Assembly (NCBI GenBank): GCA_964016885.1
Contig: CAXHJY010001146.1
Span: 15,487-79,486 of the forward strand
Origin: Eledone cirrhosa
Taxonomy: Eukaryota
Direction of reading: 5' to 3'
Length of the DNA stretch: 64,000 bases
Under the pieces are notes generated by a model. The model was not told where the DNA came from. It saw only the letters and a list, made by a program, of their open reading frames with translations, and searched no databases. Of the stretch, positions 44,521-59,854 are shown piece by piece. Within the stretch, counting starts at the first letter, position 1. Each line of letters opens with the position of its first letter. A program made the position numbers and the translations under genes.

Positions 44521-44768
44521 TATATATAATATATATATATATACTAATGTATATATATATGATATATATATATGTATATATATATGTATATATATATGTA
44601 TATATATATGTATATATGTATGTATATATATATATTTATATATGTATATATATATGTATATATATATGTATATATATATGTTATATATATGTATATATAT
44701 ATGTATATATATGTATGTATATATATATATATGTATATATATATGTATATATATTATGTATATATAAT

Positions 44769-44826
<58 letters not shown>

Positions 44827-44839
44827 GTATATATATATG

Positions 44840-45032
<193 letters not shown>

Positions 45033-45161
45033 GTAGGAGGTGAGTTTTATTGTAGTACAATAAAGCAATGCAGATATCGGATAAGAAGCAGCTCTACAGT
45101 TTGTGGGACTGGAGTATACATAATATATAAGAACAAAAGATGGTTAAAGGAGTTCCATGTA

Positions 45162-45226
45162 TTTATTATGCGCATTTAAAAAACAAATATCATCATGCAA
45201 TAATGTTTGTGTTTTCATCAGATAAA
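45162..45226 (-). ncRNA. Hammerhead motif, GAAA mutated to TAAA
   Basis: Minus: TTTAT-CTGATGA-AAACACAAACAT...ATATTTGTTTTT-TAAA-TGCGCA-TA^ATAAA. Confidence 0.65.
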
Positions 45227-45327
45227 ACAGGAGGACATGATATGAAGGCTAAAAAACACTTGTGGATAGTTCAGTTTTAAATCAACATATGAGAAGTAGT
45301 TTTAGATTGATGTGTGATATGGGGAAA

Positions 45328-45363
<36 letters not shown>

Positions 45364-45438
45364 TGTTAGTTTCAGAAGATCCCGTTAAGGGTGAAAGCAG
45401 CGATTCTTTTCTTAATCTTTAATCTGTTATTTTAATAA

Positions 45439-45473
<35 letters not shown>

Positions 45474-45481
45474 ATAATATA

Positions 45482-45535
<54 letters not shown>

Positions 45536-45640
45536 ATATATTATATTTTGAGTTTATGTTGGTTGTATACCAACACCTCAGTATGCAGGCTGGAGCACTC
45601 GACGAAGTGCGCAGGTTGGTTTGGTTACTCCGGAGTAGTG

Positions 45641-46082
45641 TAAAATAAAGTTAAATAAAAGTCAAATGATTAAAATTTAGCTTCGTTTATTACTGCTATA
45701 TATATTTCAGTGACAGCCATCTTTGGCTGTGACCTCTTCAGGCAGTTTGAATTAGTATGGTATAGACAAGTACATATGTTGTTTAGGTGTATGATATTAT
45801 CAATACTCTGATATGCCCAGTTCCTTGTTGGGTTGTTAATTCACTGGGGAACTGGAGTCATATGACTCCAGTTCCCCAGTGAATTAACAACCCAACAAGG
45901 AACTGGGCATATCAGAGTATTGACAATATCATACACCTAAACAACATATGTACTTGTCTATGCCATACTAATTCAAACTGCCTGAAGAGGTCACAGCCAA
46001 AGATGGCTGTCACTGAAATATATATAGCAGTAATAAACGAAGCTAAATTTTAATCATTTGACTTTTATTTAACTTTATTTTA
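45641..46082. mobile_element. Near-perfect spacerless ~440-bp palindrome of a pLTR-type element; third partial copy at ~47175-47348
   Basis: Centre ggagtcatatgactcc at ~45861. Confidence 0.9.
45977..46031 (+). ncRNA. Type I hammerhead motif (mirror copies ~45691-45745 and ~47226-47281 minus)
   Basis: ACTGC-CTGAAGA-GGTCACAGCC.AAAGAT.GGCTGTCACT-GAAA-TATATA-TA^GCAGT. Confidence 0.82.
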
Positions 46083-46091
46083 TATATATAT

Positions 46092-46173
<82 letters not shown>

Positions 46174-46178
46174 TATAT

Positions 46179-46232
<54 letters not shown>

Positions 46233-46253
46233 ATATATATATTATATATAATA

Positions 46254-46293
<40 letters not shown>

Positions 46294-46295
46294 AA

Positions 46296-46335
<40 letters not shown>

Positions 46336-46418
46336 TATATATATTAATATATATATACTATATATAAATATATAAATATATATTATATATATATATATAT
46401 ATAATATATAAATATACA

Positions 46419-46449
<31 letters not shown>

Positions 46450-46545
46450 ATAATATATATATATATATTATATATATATATAATATATATATTATATATA
46501 TATATATATATATAATATATATATTATATATATATATAAATATAG

Positions 46546-46606
<61 letters not shown>

Positions 46607-46678
46607 TATAATATATATATTATATATATATATATATATATAATATATATAATATATATATTATATATATATATAATA

Positions 46679-46750
<72 letters not shown>

Positions 46751-46782
46751 ATATTATATATATATTATATATATATATTATT

Positions 46783-46838
<56 letters not shown>

Positions 46839-47023
46839 TATATATTTATATATTATATATATATATATATATATAATATATATTTATATATTATATATAT
46901 ATATATATATATAATATATATATATATATTATATATTATATATATATATATATAATATATATAATATATATTTATATATTATATTATATATATATATATA
47001 TATATAATATATATATATATAAT

Positions 47024-47055
<32 letters not shown>

Positions 47056-47098
47056 ATATATATATATATATAATATATATATAATATATATATATTAT

Positions 47099-47172
<74 letters not shown>

Positions 47173-47338
47173 TATAAAATAAAGTTAAATAAAAGTCAAA
47201 TGATTAAAATTTAGCTACGTTTATTACTGCTATATATATTTCAGTGACAGCCATCTTTGGCTGTGACCTCTTCAGGCAGTTTGAATTAGTATGGTATAGA
47301 CAAGTACATATGTTGTTTAGGTGTATGATATTGTCAAT

Positions 47339-47420
<82 letters not shown>

Positions 47421-47472
47421 TATATATATATTATATATTTATATATATTATATATATATATAATATATATAA

Positions 47473-48205
47473 TCGAGAATCTAATTGTAATACGTGACGT
47501 ATTCTATTCTATAGCGATTAGGTCTTCAAAATGTTTATTATAAACATACAGAATATTTTCGAATATTCTATGTCTATATTCACATATATATCGCTATTTC
47601 AGAGCATTTATTCCAATTTCTAATTTCTGCCGGACCGGCAACCGCTCTTTCAAACCAGTTCCTGTACACAGCTAAGTATTCTATAAGTCTCTAGCTGTGT
47701 CATTCTCGATAAAAGCACGGGATATGTAGTCCTGATGAATTCTAACAAGAATGAAACGCGTAGATTACTTCCCTTGCTTTTATCGAGAATCTAATTGTAA
47801 TACGTGACGTATTCTATTCTATAGCGATTAGGTCTTCAAAATGTTTATTATAAACATACAGAATATTTTCGAATATTCTATGTCTATATTCACATATATA
47901 TCGCTATTTCAGAGCATTTATTCCAATTTCTAATTTCTGCCGGACCGGCAACCGCTCTTTCAAACCAGTTCCTGTACACAGCTAAGTATTCTATAAGTCT
48001 CTAGCTGTGTCATTCTCGATAAAAGCACGGGATATGTAGTCCTGATGAATTCTAACAAGAATGAAACGCGTAGATTACTTCCCCTTGCTTTTATCGAGAA
48101 TCTAATTGTAATACGTGACGTATTCTATTCTATAGCGATTAGGTCTTCAAAATGTTTATTATAAACATACAGAATATTTTCGAATATTCTATGTCTATAT
48201 TCACA
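47473..48205 (+). repeat. 310-bp tandem repeat (~2.4 units), one HHR per full unit
   Basis: tcgagaatc recurs at 47473, 47783, 48094; flanked by (TA)n. Confidence 0.95.
47726..47768 (+). ncRNA. Canonical-core type I hammerhead ribozyme (second copy 48036-48078)
   Basis: GTAGTC-CTGATGA-ATTCT-AACA-AGAAT-GAAA-CGCG-TA^GATTAC; stem I extends to TTCTCGATAAAAGCA / TGCTTTTATCGAGAA. Confidence 0.9.
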
Positions 48206-48230
48206 TATATATATATATATAATATATACA

Positions 48231-48379
<149 letters not shown>

Positions 48380-49519
48380 TATATATATATATATATATAT
48401 GTATCTATATAAATATCTATATATATATATTTATATATATATATACGTAAGTATGTATCTATGTTTGAATATAATGAGAAATGGTTACAGCAAGAATCAA
48501 TCAATTATATATTATTGATTGATCGATCATCAATCATGTTCTTTGGTTCAGGTGGGAGTTTCCTCATCATCCAAGCGAACTTAATTTCACAATCGTTACT
48601 CCGAAAGATAGCGAGGGAGATGCGCAGAAAGCGCAAGTCCAAGACATTGAGATGATTCTTGCAAGTGGCTAATTCCATCTCTATTGGAGTAAGTAGTGCA
48701 ATAAAGTGATTACCAGGGTCGCCAGAACTTTCCACCCCCGGTAGAATCGATGATAAACCTACCAGAATATGGTCAGTATTATGACAACTACCGATCCTCA
48801 GCTTGTAGGGCTGGATTGGTCGCTGAATTTACCAGGTTGCTGTGGGAGAACATAACATTTGCGTGTAGTGGCACAGATGAGGGTCATCCTACAGCAGAAC
48901 GAGAATATTGTCATGCCATTTAGCCTTTTGCTGCCCCTCGTGGTCTAACTCCACTGGTGCGAGCTGCGATAGGAAGCCAGCTCTCCCAAATCACGTTTGA
49001 CGATCTCGATGAGAGAAACATGTCGTGGGAGGCGGTGTGACTGTGGGTGAAAAGAGAAAGCATCTACTGTGAGCCTGTAATGACATTTGTTTTACTCCCA
49101 CATTTGGAAACCGATCCTAAGGAAAAGATCAATAAGGAGAAAGCCATTGGCTATCTAAGTACCAGTAGCAAAAGCTTTCATGATCGTTGCTAAAACTCAA
49201 ACTTTCTCATTTACTTTTATAGACACTACTTGTATTTCTAATCTTTACACCAAACCTTTTTATGAAATACTTTAGAGCTTAAAAATATATATTTCATGAA
49301 GTCATAGATCCCATGTTACCTTAATTCCCAATAGATTCGTAGCGGCGTCGTCATGTCATATAGGTGGCCACTAGGCATTTAAACCTGGCGGAATCCATCT
49401 TTCTCCCGTCGTCAATACTGTCAAATTCTAGAAGAAAACATAAAGTGAGGAGGTGTGAAAATGAGTAAGAGAGAGAGTGAGAAATGGTGAGAAAGAGATT
49501 ATAAATGAAGACTTCACTT

Positions 49520-49800
49520 TAGTATTAAACTGGTACTATTTTCATAGACCCCGAAAGGAAGAATGGCAAAGTTGACAGGATTTGAACTTAGTGAGCCACA
49601 ACGAGTACCAGGAACCATTCTACCCGACTTTCTAATAACTCTGCTAATTTTGTGCCTTTTTATTTTTAATATTTTAAGGATCCCTGAAAGTTTGAAAGGC
49701 AAAGTTTATCTAGTCGGGATTTGATTTCAGTGCGCAGAGTTTCCAGAACGAGTACTCCGAAACATTTTATCCGAAATTCTAGTCTCTGTGCCACTTCACC
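49520..49800 (-). mobile_element. Two diverged SINE fragments
   Basis: ctggtactattttcatagaccccgaaagga..gcaaagttgac..gatttgaact and gaaaggcaaagttt...gggatttga. Confidence 0.6.
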
Positions 49801-49823
49801 TTAGATATGGATCCGGTTTAGGG

Positions 49824-49877
<54 letters not shown>

Positions 49878-51407
49878 ATATATATATGTATACTGCATGT
49901 ATATATATATATATATTTTATGTATATGTATGTGTTTATATATGTATGTGTATGAGTGTGTGTACATACATACATACATACATACATAGATACATAGTTG
50001 CTTCATACAACACGTAGAAGGATGTAAAAAGATACTGCAAGGAAAATATCAGGTTAATGAAATAGAATTCAAACTAACAAGATTTAATTCCCATAACGTA
50101 TATTTTGTCACGTTAAGCAGAAAACTAGCAGAAATTACTAAATAAACATCGAAGAATGAATATTCGCGATAAATATATTATGTTGTTTTATTTTGTTAAT
50201 GGTTTCAATTAACAAACTGCGTTCAATCAATGAGAAACTCGTGAAGAGGTTCTATCAATCACATGGATCCCAGCACCTTTTATAAAAGTTTCCTACTTAT
50301 TTTATGTATGTTTTATTGTCGAACAACTTTATTACGAGTCATAAAGAAACAGTAGTTATGCATTTGTTAGAGATTATTGTTTTTTTTAAGGAAAACAGTG
50401 TCTGCAGTGTGAGGCTGGTAGATTGAAACATTAGAGCTTGAGACATTATTTTATGATATTTGATCTGAATTTTTGCCTTGTAAGTTCCATTCCTGTCGAT
50501 GTCAAATTTTCCCTTCATAGTTCAGGAATCGAGAAAACAATGTAGCTGTCAATTATATCGCTCAGTGTAGTTGTCTTTACCCTCCCCTCCAAAATTACCG
50601 TCCTTTTGTCTAAATTAGAAATACTAATTTTCCTCGAAATACGGCAATTTCTCTTTCCGTGTAGGCAAAGTTATGAAACATACTTCAAAATTCTATGCCT
50701 GTAAATAAGAACATTTTCAATATGTTCATTATATACCACTGAAGTAGTCTGATTGAATTAATGGACCACACACTTATCTTACATCGATCTTTTATCGACT
50801 CTATTTACCTTACCCTACCTTAAGGTTTGAGGTCTTTTTTCTATGTGAGTTTTTTTACTTCTAAAAGCTGCTGTCTCTGAATCAGATAACTGTTTATAAT
50901 GCAACGTGTTAGAAAACTAAGATGAAATTTCACCTATTAAAAGGATTAATAATTTTATCGAATGTTCCCAATAAAGTTGTATCAATCTCAGTTAAAAAAC
51001 TTTATATGAGAGGAAAAATAAAATTAAGTGGTTTATTTTGTTTTTAAATGCACGTAAAAATAAAACGGCAACAAATGAAAATTGAAAATAGATAGCTGAA
51101 TCGTCGACATGCGCGTGGGGGAGAAAAATTAGCTTCGAAGTTTGTGGATCCGAGTTCAATCCTACCCTGCTGAGACACAGACAAATGCCTTCTTCTGTCG
51201 CTTACGGCTGGTCTGTGTCTTACTAGTGAAATTTAGCTTAACGGCTAAACATTAATGTTTTGTCTTTCGTCTATTACTCCTCTGGATAGTTTTTGGCTTA
51301 TGTCAGACGCTGTGACCCCGGGTGGACCAGCACTACCATCAGTAGGAGTCGAAACTGCGCAAGTCCCTTTCAACGACCGATGACTATCGAGTTATGTATC
51401 CTTCGTT

Positions 51408-51444
<37 letters not shown>

Positions 51445-51445
<1 letters not shown>

Positions 51446-54010
51446 AACTTACTTAACCGAAAAGCCCAGGCTTTGGTTAAGGACTTGCATCTGGATAGAT
51501 TTACCCACCCTTATGTACCTACAACCCCAATGTTTTCTCTCAAGGATCACAAGCCAAACTTTATAGAGAACCCATCTATTAGACTTATAAGCCCAACCAC
51601 ATCCGACTTGGGTCGTATCAGTAAGAACATCCTTGATAGGATCATCCCTGGGCTACGAGATAATGTCACCTACAAGCTGTGATCCAACACCGGCCAAGTC
51701 ATTATATGGTTCTCCGATCTAAGTTTCAAGGAATCTATGAGGTTCCTCCAATTTGACATTGACAGCTATTACGCTTCAATAGCTCCGGCACTGCTCAACA
51801 AAGCATTAACCCTAGCCAGCACCAACTCTGACATAACCAATAATGAGATTGACATCATACTTATGGCTAGGCAGACCATCATTGAATTCAACAGAGCACT
51901 CTGGACTAGAAAAGACAGAACAGACAACTTTGACATCACTATAGGCTCAAGTGACTCTGCGCAAATCACTGATTTAGTTGGAATTTACCTATTATATAAC
52001 ATAACATCAGAGCTGAAATCCAACCCTTGCAAGGCGGAATATATAGGAACGACGCCCTATTTGCAGTCCACAATTGCACTAATCGAGGCATTGACTTGCT
52101 CAAAAAACAATTACATAGATTCTTTTAAAATAACGGTCTCTCTATCACCATCGAGCCGAACCATAAAGTAGTAAACTTCCTAGACGTTACCCTGGATCTT
52201 AATAATAACTTATATTACCCTTATTATAAACCAGGTGAAATACTTACATATATTAGCCTACACTCTAACCATCCACCGGCAGTCATCAGAGCAGTAATCA
52301 AATCTATCTCGTATAGGATCTCCATGCTATCAGCAAATGAGGAGATATTTATAAACCATGCGGCATATTATAATAAGGCTCTTTCTGAATCTGGTTATGA
52401 CCAGTCCATTTACTACATACCTAAATGCCATAACAGCATTTCACCACAACCATAATAAACTTAACACTAGAACTAGAAATACCTTAGCATATAGCCAGAT
52501 TCGCCGGAATTTTAGCAGTAACAGCACTTATACAGGGAACCTTAATGGTGGCAGTGGCCTGCTTCCCACTCCAAATAGCAAACTAAAAATCAACCCTAGA
52601 ATAGGAATGAGCAATGGGATGACAAATAACAAATCCCCAGGTAATAATAACCCTATGAAGGCCCCTACCAACTCCACTAGAACCCCTAGAAGGATTAGGC
52701 CTAGAAATATCACCTGGCTTAACCCCCCATTCTCATCTAATCTAGCCACTAATATCCCTAAACGCTTCTTCTCTATCCTATCTAAACATTCCCCCCGCCA
52801 ACCATAGATATTACAAACTCTTTAATAAAAATAACATTAAAATCTCATTCTCCACAACACCGAACCTAGCTAGCCACATCGCATTCAGTAACCATCATAA
52901 ACTAAGACAGTATAACTCCCACACCGCGGTACCACATCCCCCATCAAATACATCACGCAACTACACCAATACTTACTCTAGTAGCACACCTCCCCCATCT
53001 AATCCTTCTAGCACTGACCAACCACTTAGGTTAAACAACCCTACTCTCACTAACCGCAGAAGTAACTGCAACTGCCGTTACCCTAATGCATGCCCACTAA
53101 ATGGACATTGCCTGACACCCAATATAGTTTATAGGTGCACGGTTAAAACTGCTTCGCATACCAGCTCCTATATCGGGTCTACCTCTAACCCTTTTAAGGT
53201 ACGCTATAACGCGCACTCTTTTTCCTTCCGAGACCCTAACAACAGATGTTCGACATCTCTAGCTAGGCTCATTAAAAACCTTAAATTAACCAACACCGAA
53301 CACTCACTAACATGGGATATCTTGGTTAGGGCCCAACCGTTCAATGGACGAAGAAACTCTTGTGACCTCTGGCTTACCGAAGCATATTACATAACTCTAT
53401 CACGACCTCTACCAATTAACGATAGAACGGAGGTAACTATTAGCTGTCAACATCGAAGAGCTAATTCCTTCGCCAACAGAATATTTGACCCAACATAGTC
53501 ATCTAGCCCCATTTTTACTTGTAGCTAATAAGTTAAATAGTTATAGCTAACTTAGATAATTATAAGTTACCTCCCTTACATTGTCTCTCAATTAAAATGT
53601 TTTTAAATTACCACTTCTTAACTATAAACTACCCACAATTTCTAATCTCTCGAGGAGTTACTTCCCCTGAAACCACACTCTAATTAGTAAGGTAAATGTG
53701 TCCATTGGCGACCATCGTGTTACCCATAGGCAGATCTCACACAATGCAGCCTCGACAAAAGAATACTGCTCTACTATGGCAGACAATAGATATACCCAGG
53801 ACACCATAGTGAAATACCAATATATGGAACATTACATTCATATAACATTCTTACCTTATTTTAATTTATATTCCTTTTGAAGTTCCGATGAGCTGCTCTA
53901 TTTTTACCTATGTTAATTATTTTCAACTGAACCAGATCAATAATGATCTATAATCATTTGATCCAGAAATATTATATGGAGTAGCGAAACAATTGTAAAC
54001 GGACATTATT
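51445..54010 (+). mobile_element. Second, unrelated Penelope-like element (family B), 5'-truncated, with stops and frameshifts
   Basis: SLKDHKPNF..P.IRLISP, FLQFDIDSYYASI, FDITIGSSDSAQITDLVG, VNFLDVTLDL, ITWLNPPFS; manual CNCRYPNACPLNGHCLTPNIVYRC...YIGSTSNPFKVRY (GIY-YIG, ~53065-53495). Confidence 0.9.
53882..54000 (+). ncRNA. Hammerhead motif in the family B 3' pLTR
   Basis: GTT-CCGATGA-GCTGCTCTAT...ATGGAGTAGC-GAAAC-AATT-GTA^AAC. Confidence 0.7.
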
Positions 54011-54014
54011 ATTA

Positions 54015-54130
54015 TGAGTTCAAATCCCGCCGAGGTTCACTTTGCCTTTCATCCTTACGGGGTCGATAAAATAAAGTACCAGTAATACACTGAGTAATTG
54101 CTGGCCTTGTGCCAAAAGTAGAAACAATTA
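54015..54130 (+). mobile_element. 5'-truncated tRNA-derived SINE
   Basis: gagttcaaatcccgccgagg...ctttgcctttcatccttacggggtcgataaaataaagtaccagt, (TAT)n tail. Confidence 0.8.
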
Positions 54131-54260
54131 TTATTATTAATATTATTATTATTCTCTACATTCCTTACATCAAACTAAAATATGTTGACAATCTTTTAAT
54201 AATGTCTTCCTTGTGAAATTTGTGGTCTTGTTATGCTTAACTAATGAATATATATATATA

Positions 54261-54625
54261 TTGTTATACTTTGGGAGGGTCGTGTTGCCAATAATGACAC
54301 ATGCACCTGTTGGTTTTCACTTCAATTTATTATAAATTTCCGGCTGGTTGGTTGATTGGCTGGTTACGACAGAAGAACGGAGAGACACACAAAATAAAAC
54401 CCTAGTCACAGACGAGGTCACAGAATGTGTGACGAAAGACCTTTGACAATGTGTAAACAACCTTCCGGTTATCGAACCAACCAACCAGCCGGAAATTTAT
54501 AATAAATTGGAATGAAAATCTGCAGGTGTTTTTATTGGCAGCGTGACCCTCCCAAAGTATAACAATATCTGTTTCAACACACGTTTTAGATAAGAAATCT
54601 CGCAAAACAAATTGAAAAACGAATT
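54261..54625. mobile_element. Older inverted pair of family A pLTRs
   Basis: ttgttatactttgggagggtc... and ...gaccctcccaaagtataacaatatc; decayed HHR at ~54404-54448. Confidence 0.85.
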
Positions 54626-54714
54626 ATATACATATATACATATATATACATATATGTGTGGGGGGGAGGGATGTTTGTATGTATATATGTATGGTCAGAT
54701 GTTACTACCACTAC

Positions 54715-54882
54715 ACACTCCACGGTGCGTTTGCAGTGAGTGTAGCTTAATTTGCAAGTCAGCTGGTGGACTGACCAGACATGGTAACATTATAAAGTGG
54801 GTCTGAAAGGTCACCTGCGTGCACATGAACGTGCAATGTTCAATGAAAGTATGGCACTCTTCTGACAAGAAATAGCAATCAG
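54715..54882 (+). mobile_element. Probable RTE-clade LINE 3' remnant with C2H2-like finger
   Basis: CSECSLICKSAGGLTRH followed by a short tail before (TG)n. Confidence 0.45.
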
Positions 54883-54888
54883 GATATA

Positions 54889-54988
<100 letters not shown>

Positions 54989-55088
54989 CGGGTGTGTGTG
55001 TGTATGTGTGTGTGTGTGTGTGTGTGTGCATGTATGTGTGTGCGTGTGTGTTTATATATATGAGTATGTATATGTGTGTGAGTGTGTA

Positions 55089-55133
<45 letters not shown>

Positions 55134-55199
55134 TTATATATGTGTGTGGAAGATCAGCTGTCGGCCATACACCAGTCTCCCCTTTCCGTGCCACAGATC

Positions 55200-55394
55200 T
55201 TGTCCAAGGTAAAGGCGATGGTCGTTACAGCTTGGCACCAGTGACGTTGCATCTCGTTTTTACAGCTGAGTGAACTGAAGCAAGCTGAAATAAAGTCTTG
55301 CTTAAGGATACGATGCATAACCCGGCCCGGGAATCGATCTCACAATCTCATGACTGTCAACCCAGTGCTCTAACCACCAAGTCACGCGCCTTCA
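55200..55394 (-). mobile_element. tRNA-derived CORE-type SINE
   Basis: Reverse reads gtgaaggcgcgtgacttggtggttaga...gatcgattccc...ccttaagcaagactttatttc. Confidence 0.75.
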
Positions 55395-55482
55395 CACACA
55401 CGCACATACATACATACATACATACATACATACATGCATACATACATGCGTACATACATACATACATACATACATACATACA

Positions 55483-55516
<34 letters not shown>

Positions 55517-55589
55517 CATACATACATACATACATACATACATACATACATACATACATACATACATACATACATACATACATACATAC

Positions 55590-55920
55590 ATGATGGCTGC
55601 CCCCTCGTTATCGAGTATGACCAATGCACAATATAACATTATTAATTAATTCTATCGTGCAATGCCTGTGCGTGAGATATTTTTTAAAGTGAGGAAAGAC
55701 TGTGCACTGAGCCAATTCCACTCTCTGAGCGACAGTAGCTATAATCCGAAAAGAAGAAAAGATCAACATCATCGGTAACTACTGAGCCGCAGGTTTTATA
55801 TAGGAGTTATCCCAGTTTCCTGAGTTGCCTTCTCCTAGAAGAATGCCCTGACAAAGGCTAGGGATCCTTCACTCCCAGTGGTTTAACCGCGCGATCGGGT
55901 GTCCATCCCGACTATTTCTA
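55590..55920 (-). mobile_element. Probable RTE-derived non-autonomous element
   Basis: Reverse 3' tail ggtcatactcgataacgagggggcagccatca before (TGTA)n; gccttctcctag..g.tgcc..acaaaggcta resembles RTE 5' UTR (recalled, not searched). Confidence 0.4.
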
Positions 55921-57339
55921 TGTCCCCGCGTATATATATACACATGCACCCATACATATACATACATATGTACATATACACATGCACATATACATATACA
56001 TACATACGTACATATACACATGCACATATACATACATATGTATATGTGTATATATACATATGTACACACTTTCGGATGGCCGTTGACTCTTATGAGTTCT
56101 TCCTCCCTTTGTCAGGTATTGTTTTTTGTCCTGCAGGGTGTCCAAAATCACCCTCTTCACCTAGTAAACTTGGTGGGGTTGCCGGTTTAGTCGCCGACCA
56201 CCCGATTATGCGACAGGTTGTACTGGGTTACGTTACCAGTAGCACTTAAGAGTGACCTGACATACATACATACATACATATATACATACATACATACATA
56301 CATACATACATACATACACATCTAATAACTGCATATACACATGTACAGATACAAAGCATATACACATGCACACATACAACTCAAAACATACACATCCATA
56401 TCTACACATGCATGCATGCAGACATACATACATATCTACCTAGTTGATGTTGTGTAAATGAGAGAGTCTTGTGTCTATGTTAGAAACCGACTCCCTCTCT
56501 ATTGGTAAAACTTTGTGAAATTATAAAACCAGAAGAACATACATAGTGAGAGAGAGATTGGGGAGATGTTCCTATATGCATAAAATAGCAATAGATCGAG
56601 AGAAAAAAGTGTTTTCTGAATGAAATCCGTTTGAATATATGTACTCCACAGCAAACCAGTAATAGTGTTTTATCTCCGTCAGAACAGCATACTGAGTGTG
56701 ACACTGTGTGACACGGCTGACCCTTTGAATTAACAACCATCTGACAGGCTTCTAAACAATTTTAGTCATAAGGCATGTGTCAACGTGAGATTATGTTAAA
56801 TGAAACTGCCGAAGATGCGACGCAGAAGGGGTTGAACCTGGAACATAATAATTACGAAAGAAACGTCTGAACCACTCAGAATTTATTAGCATTTTATCTT
56901 CATATGAATCAATATTCTATTCTACAACAGTTTTTTTCAGTCATAAATTATAATAAAAATCACCTATATATTCACTGATGGTGCATGAGCGCGGATTGGC
57001 GTAACAATTTATATACGTTGTGATAAAACCAAAGATAATAAATAAATGGGGGATTTTTTGTATCTGAAATAAAATATCTCCCATTGTAATACGCTTACAC
57101 TTTCTTTCATATGCTTTCCATATAAATATGAATCGAGAGAATCATAAAATGTCACAATACATAGAAAGACTGCTTGCACTAATATCAAATATCTAAACTC
57201 AAGGTTTTCGCTGTCTAAATATATTATTTATTAAGTTGTATTATGCATCAGAGTCCAGTGTAGCATGTAGTCATAGCTTTATGTAGATATAGCTTTCTTT
57301 TCTCCACGTTTTCTTCCACACATTATGTAAAACTCAGCC

Positions 57340-57480
<141 letters not shown>

Positions 57481-58077
57481 CACGCACACACAGACAGACA
57501 CATGAATATTCATAGATATGTGTCAAATTGTGCACCAAGCAACTGAAGTATACTTTAAATTTCTAACTGTACATAAACCAGATTTAACCAAAGTTGTGAG
57601 AAAGGTGTAAGTTAGCTCATACACATCAACACATATTTATATATCTATGTAAATTTCTAACTGTACATAAACACTACATGATTTAACCAAAAACTATGTA
57701 AATTTCTAACTTTACATAAACCAGATTTAAGCAAACCTGTGAGAAATGTGTAAGGTAACTCACACATATGCACATATTTATATATCTATATAAACATGTC
57801 TTGTTTGCATATTTCTCCATAGATTGAATAAATGGACAGCGTGACCTGAGTTTTGGTTTTAGCTTCTTATTGAGGTCTCAACTATCTTCATGCTTTACAG
57901 TCCACGAAAAAATACGAAACTAAATGCTTGACATAACCATCAAATGATTGCTGTTTTGTTTTTTCCTGGATTGGAAGAAATGTAGGGACCTTCTGACGAT
58001 GTTCAACAACGTTTAAAACTTGAGAAAACCTATTCATCTATTTCAATCTACGTAAAATAAAACATATTTGCATATAT

Positions 58078-58305
58078 CAGACCTGTCAAATCTCCCCGCC
58101 GGACGGTGAGATCTCTCACCCATCCGAAAGTGTTACAATTTCAGACCTGTCAACTCTCCCTTCCGACTGGGAGATCTCCCACACACTTTGGAGATGTCTT
58201 CTCTTCATTATTTAAAATCTCTCCATTTTGCCTCATTTCTCACCGTTTCGGGGGACTTTTTTTCATGGTACTCCTCGTTTGGGTTTTTAGAGGTTGGCAG
58301 GTTTG
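58078..58305. mobile_element. Possible hAT-type MITE with duplicated left end
   Basis: CAGACCTGTCAA at 58078 and 58142; reverse-matching TTGGCAGGTTTG ending 58305; no clean TSD. Confidence 0.5.
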
Positions 58306-58517
58306 ATATATACATGTGTGCGTTACACAGATTTCTCACAGCTTCTTTTAAAACTTATACAGTTTGTTTACATATAAAATGTATAATATATTACAGCCAA
58401 CAAGCTTACAATTTAATATACAGAGTGAGTCATAAGTAACCGGGAAGTTAATGCATTTTTGTTGCAAGGTTCACAGATAATGTTTTAAACATCCGCTTCA
58501 AAATTTATATATATGCA

Positions 58518-59362
<845 letters not shown>

Positions 59363-59448
59363 TATATATATATATGTATATATATATATATGCATATATG
59401 TGTATATATATATATATATATGCATATATGTGTATATATATATATGCA

Positions 59449-59561
<113 letters not shown>

Positions 59562-59564
59562 TCA

Positions 59565-59628
<64 letters not shown>

Positions 59629-59657
59629 TATATGTGTGTATATATATATATATATGC

Positions 59658-59730
<73 letters not shown>

Positions 59731-59815
59731 TATATGTGTACGTTGAAACCATCCATGAAACTGGCTTTCTTAACCAAAAACTGGATCACAATAAGCAATT
59801 TTTTGCTTCTCTAAC

Positions 59816-59854
<39 letters not shown>

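Noticed and set aside
45372-45405. CAGAAGA-TCCC..GGGT-GAAA
   Set aside because: Core mutated and no cleavage triplet or stem I
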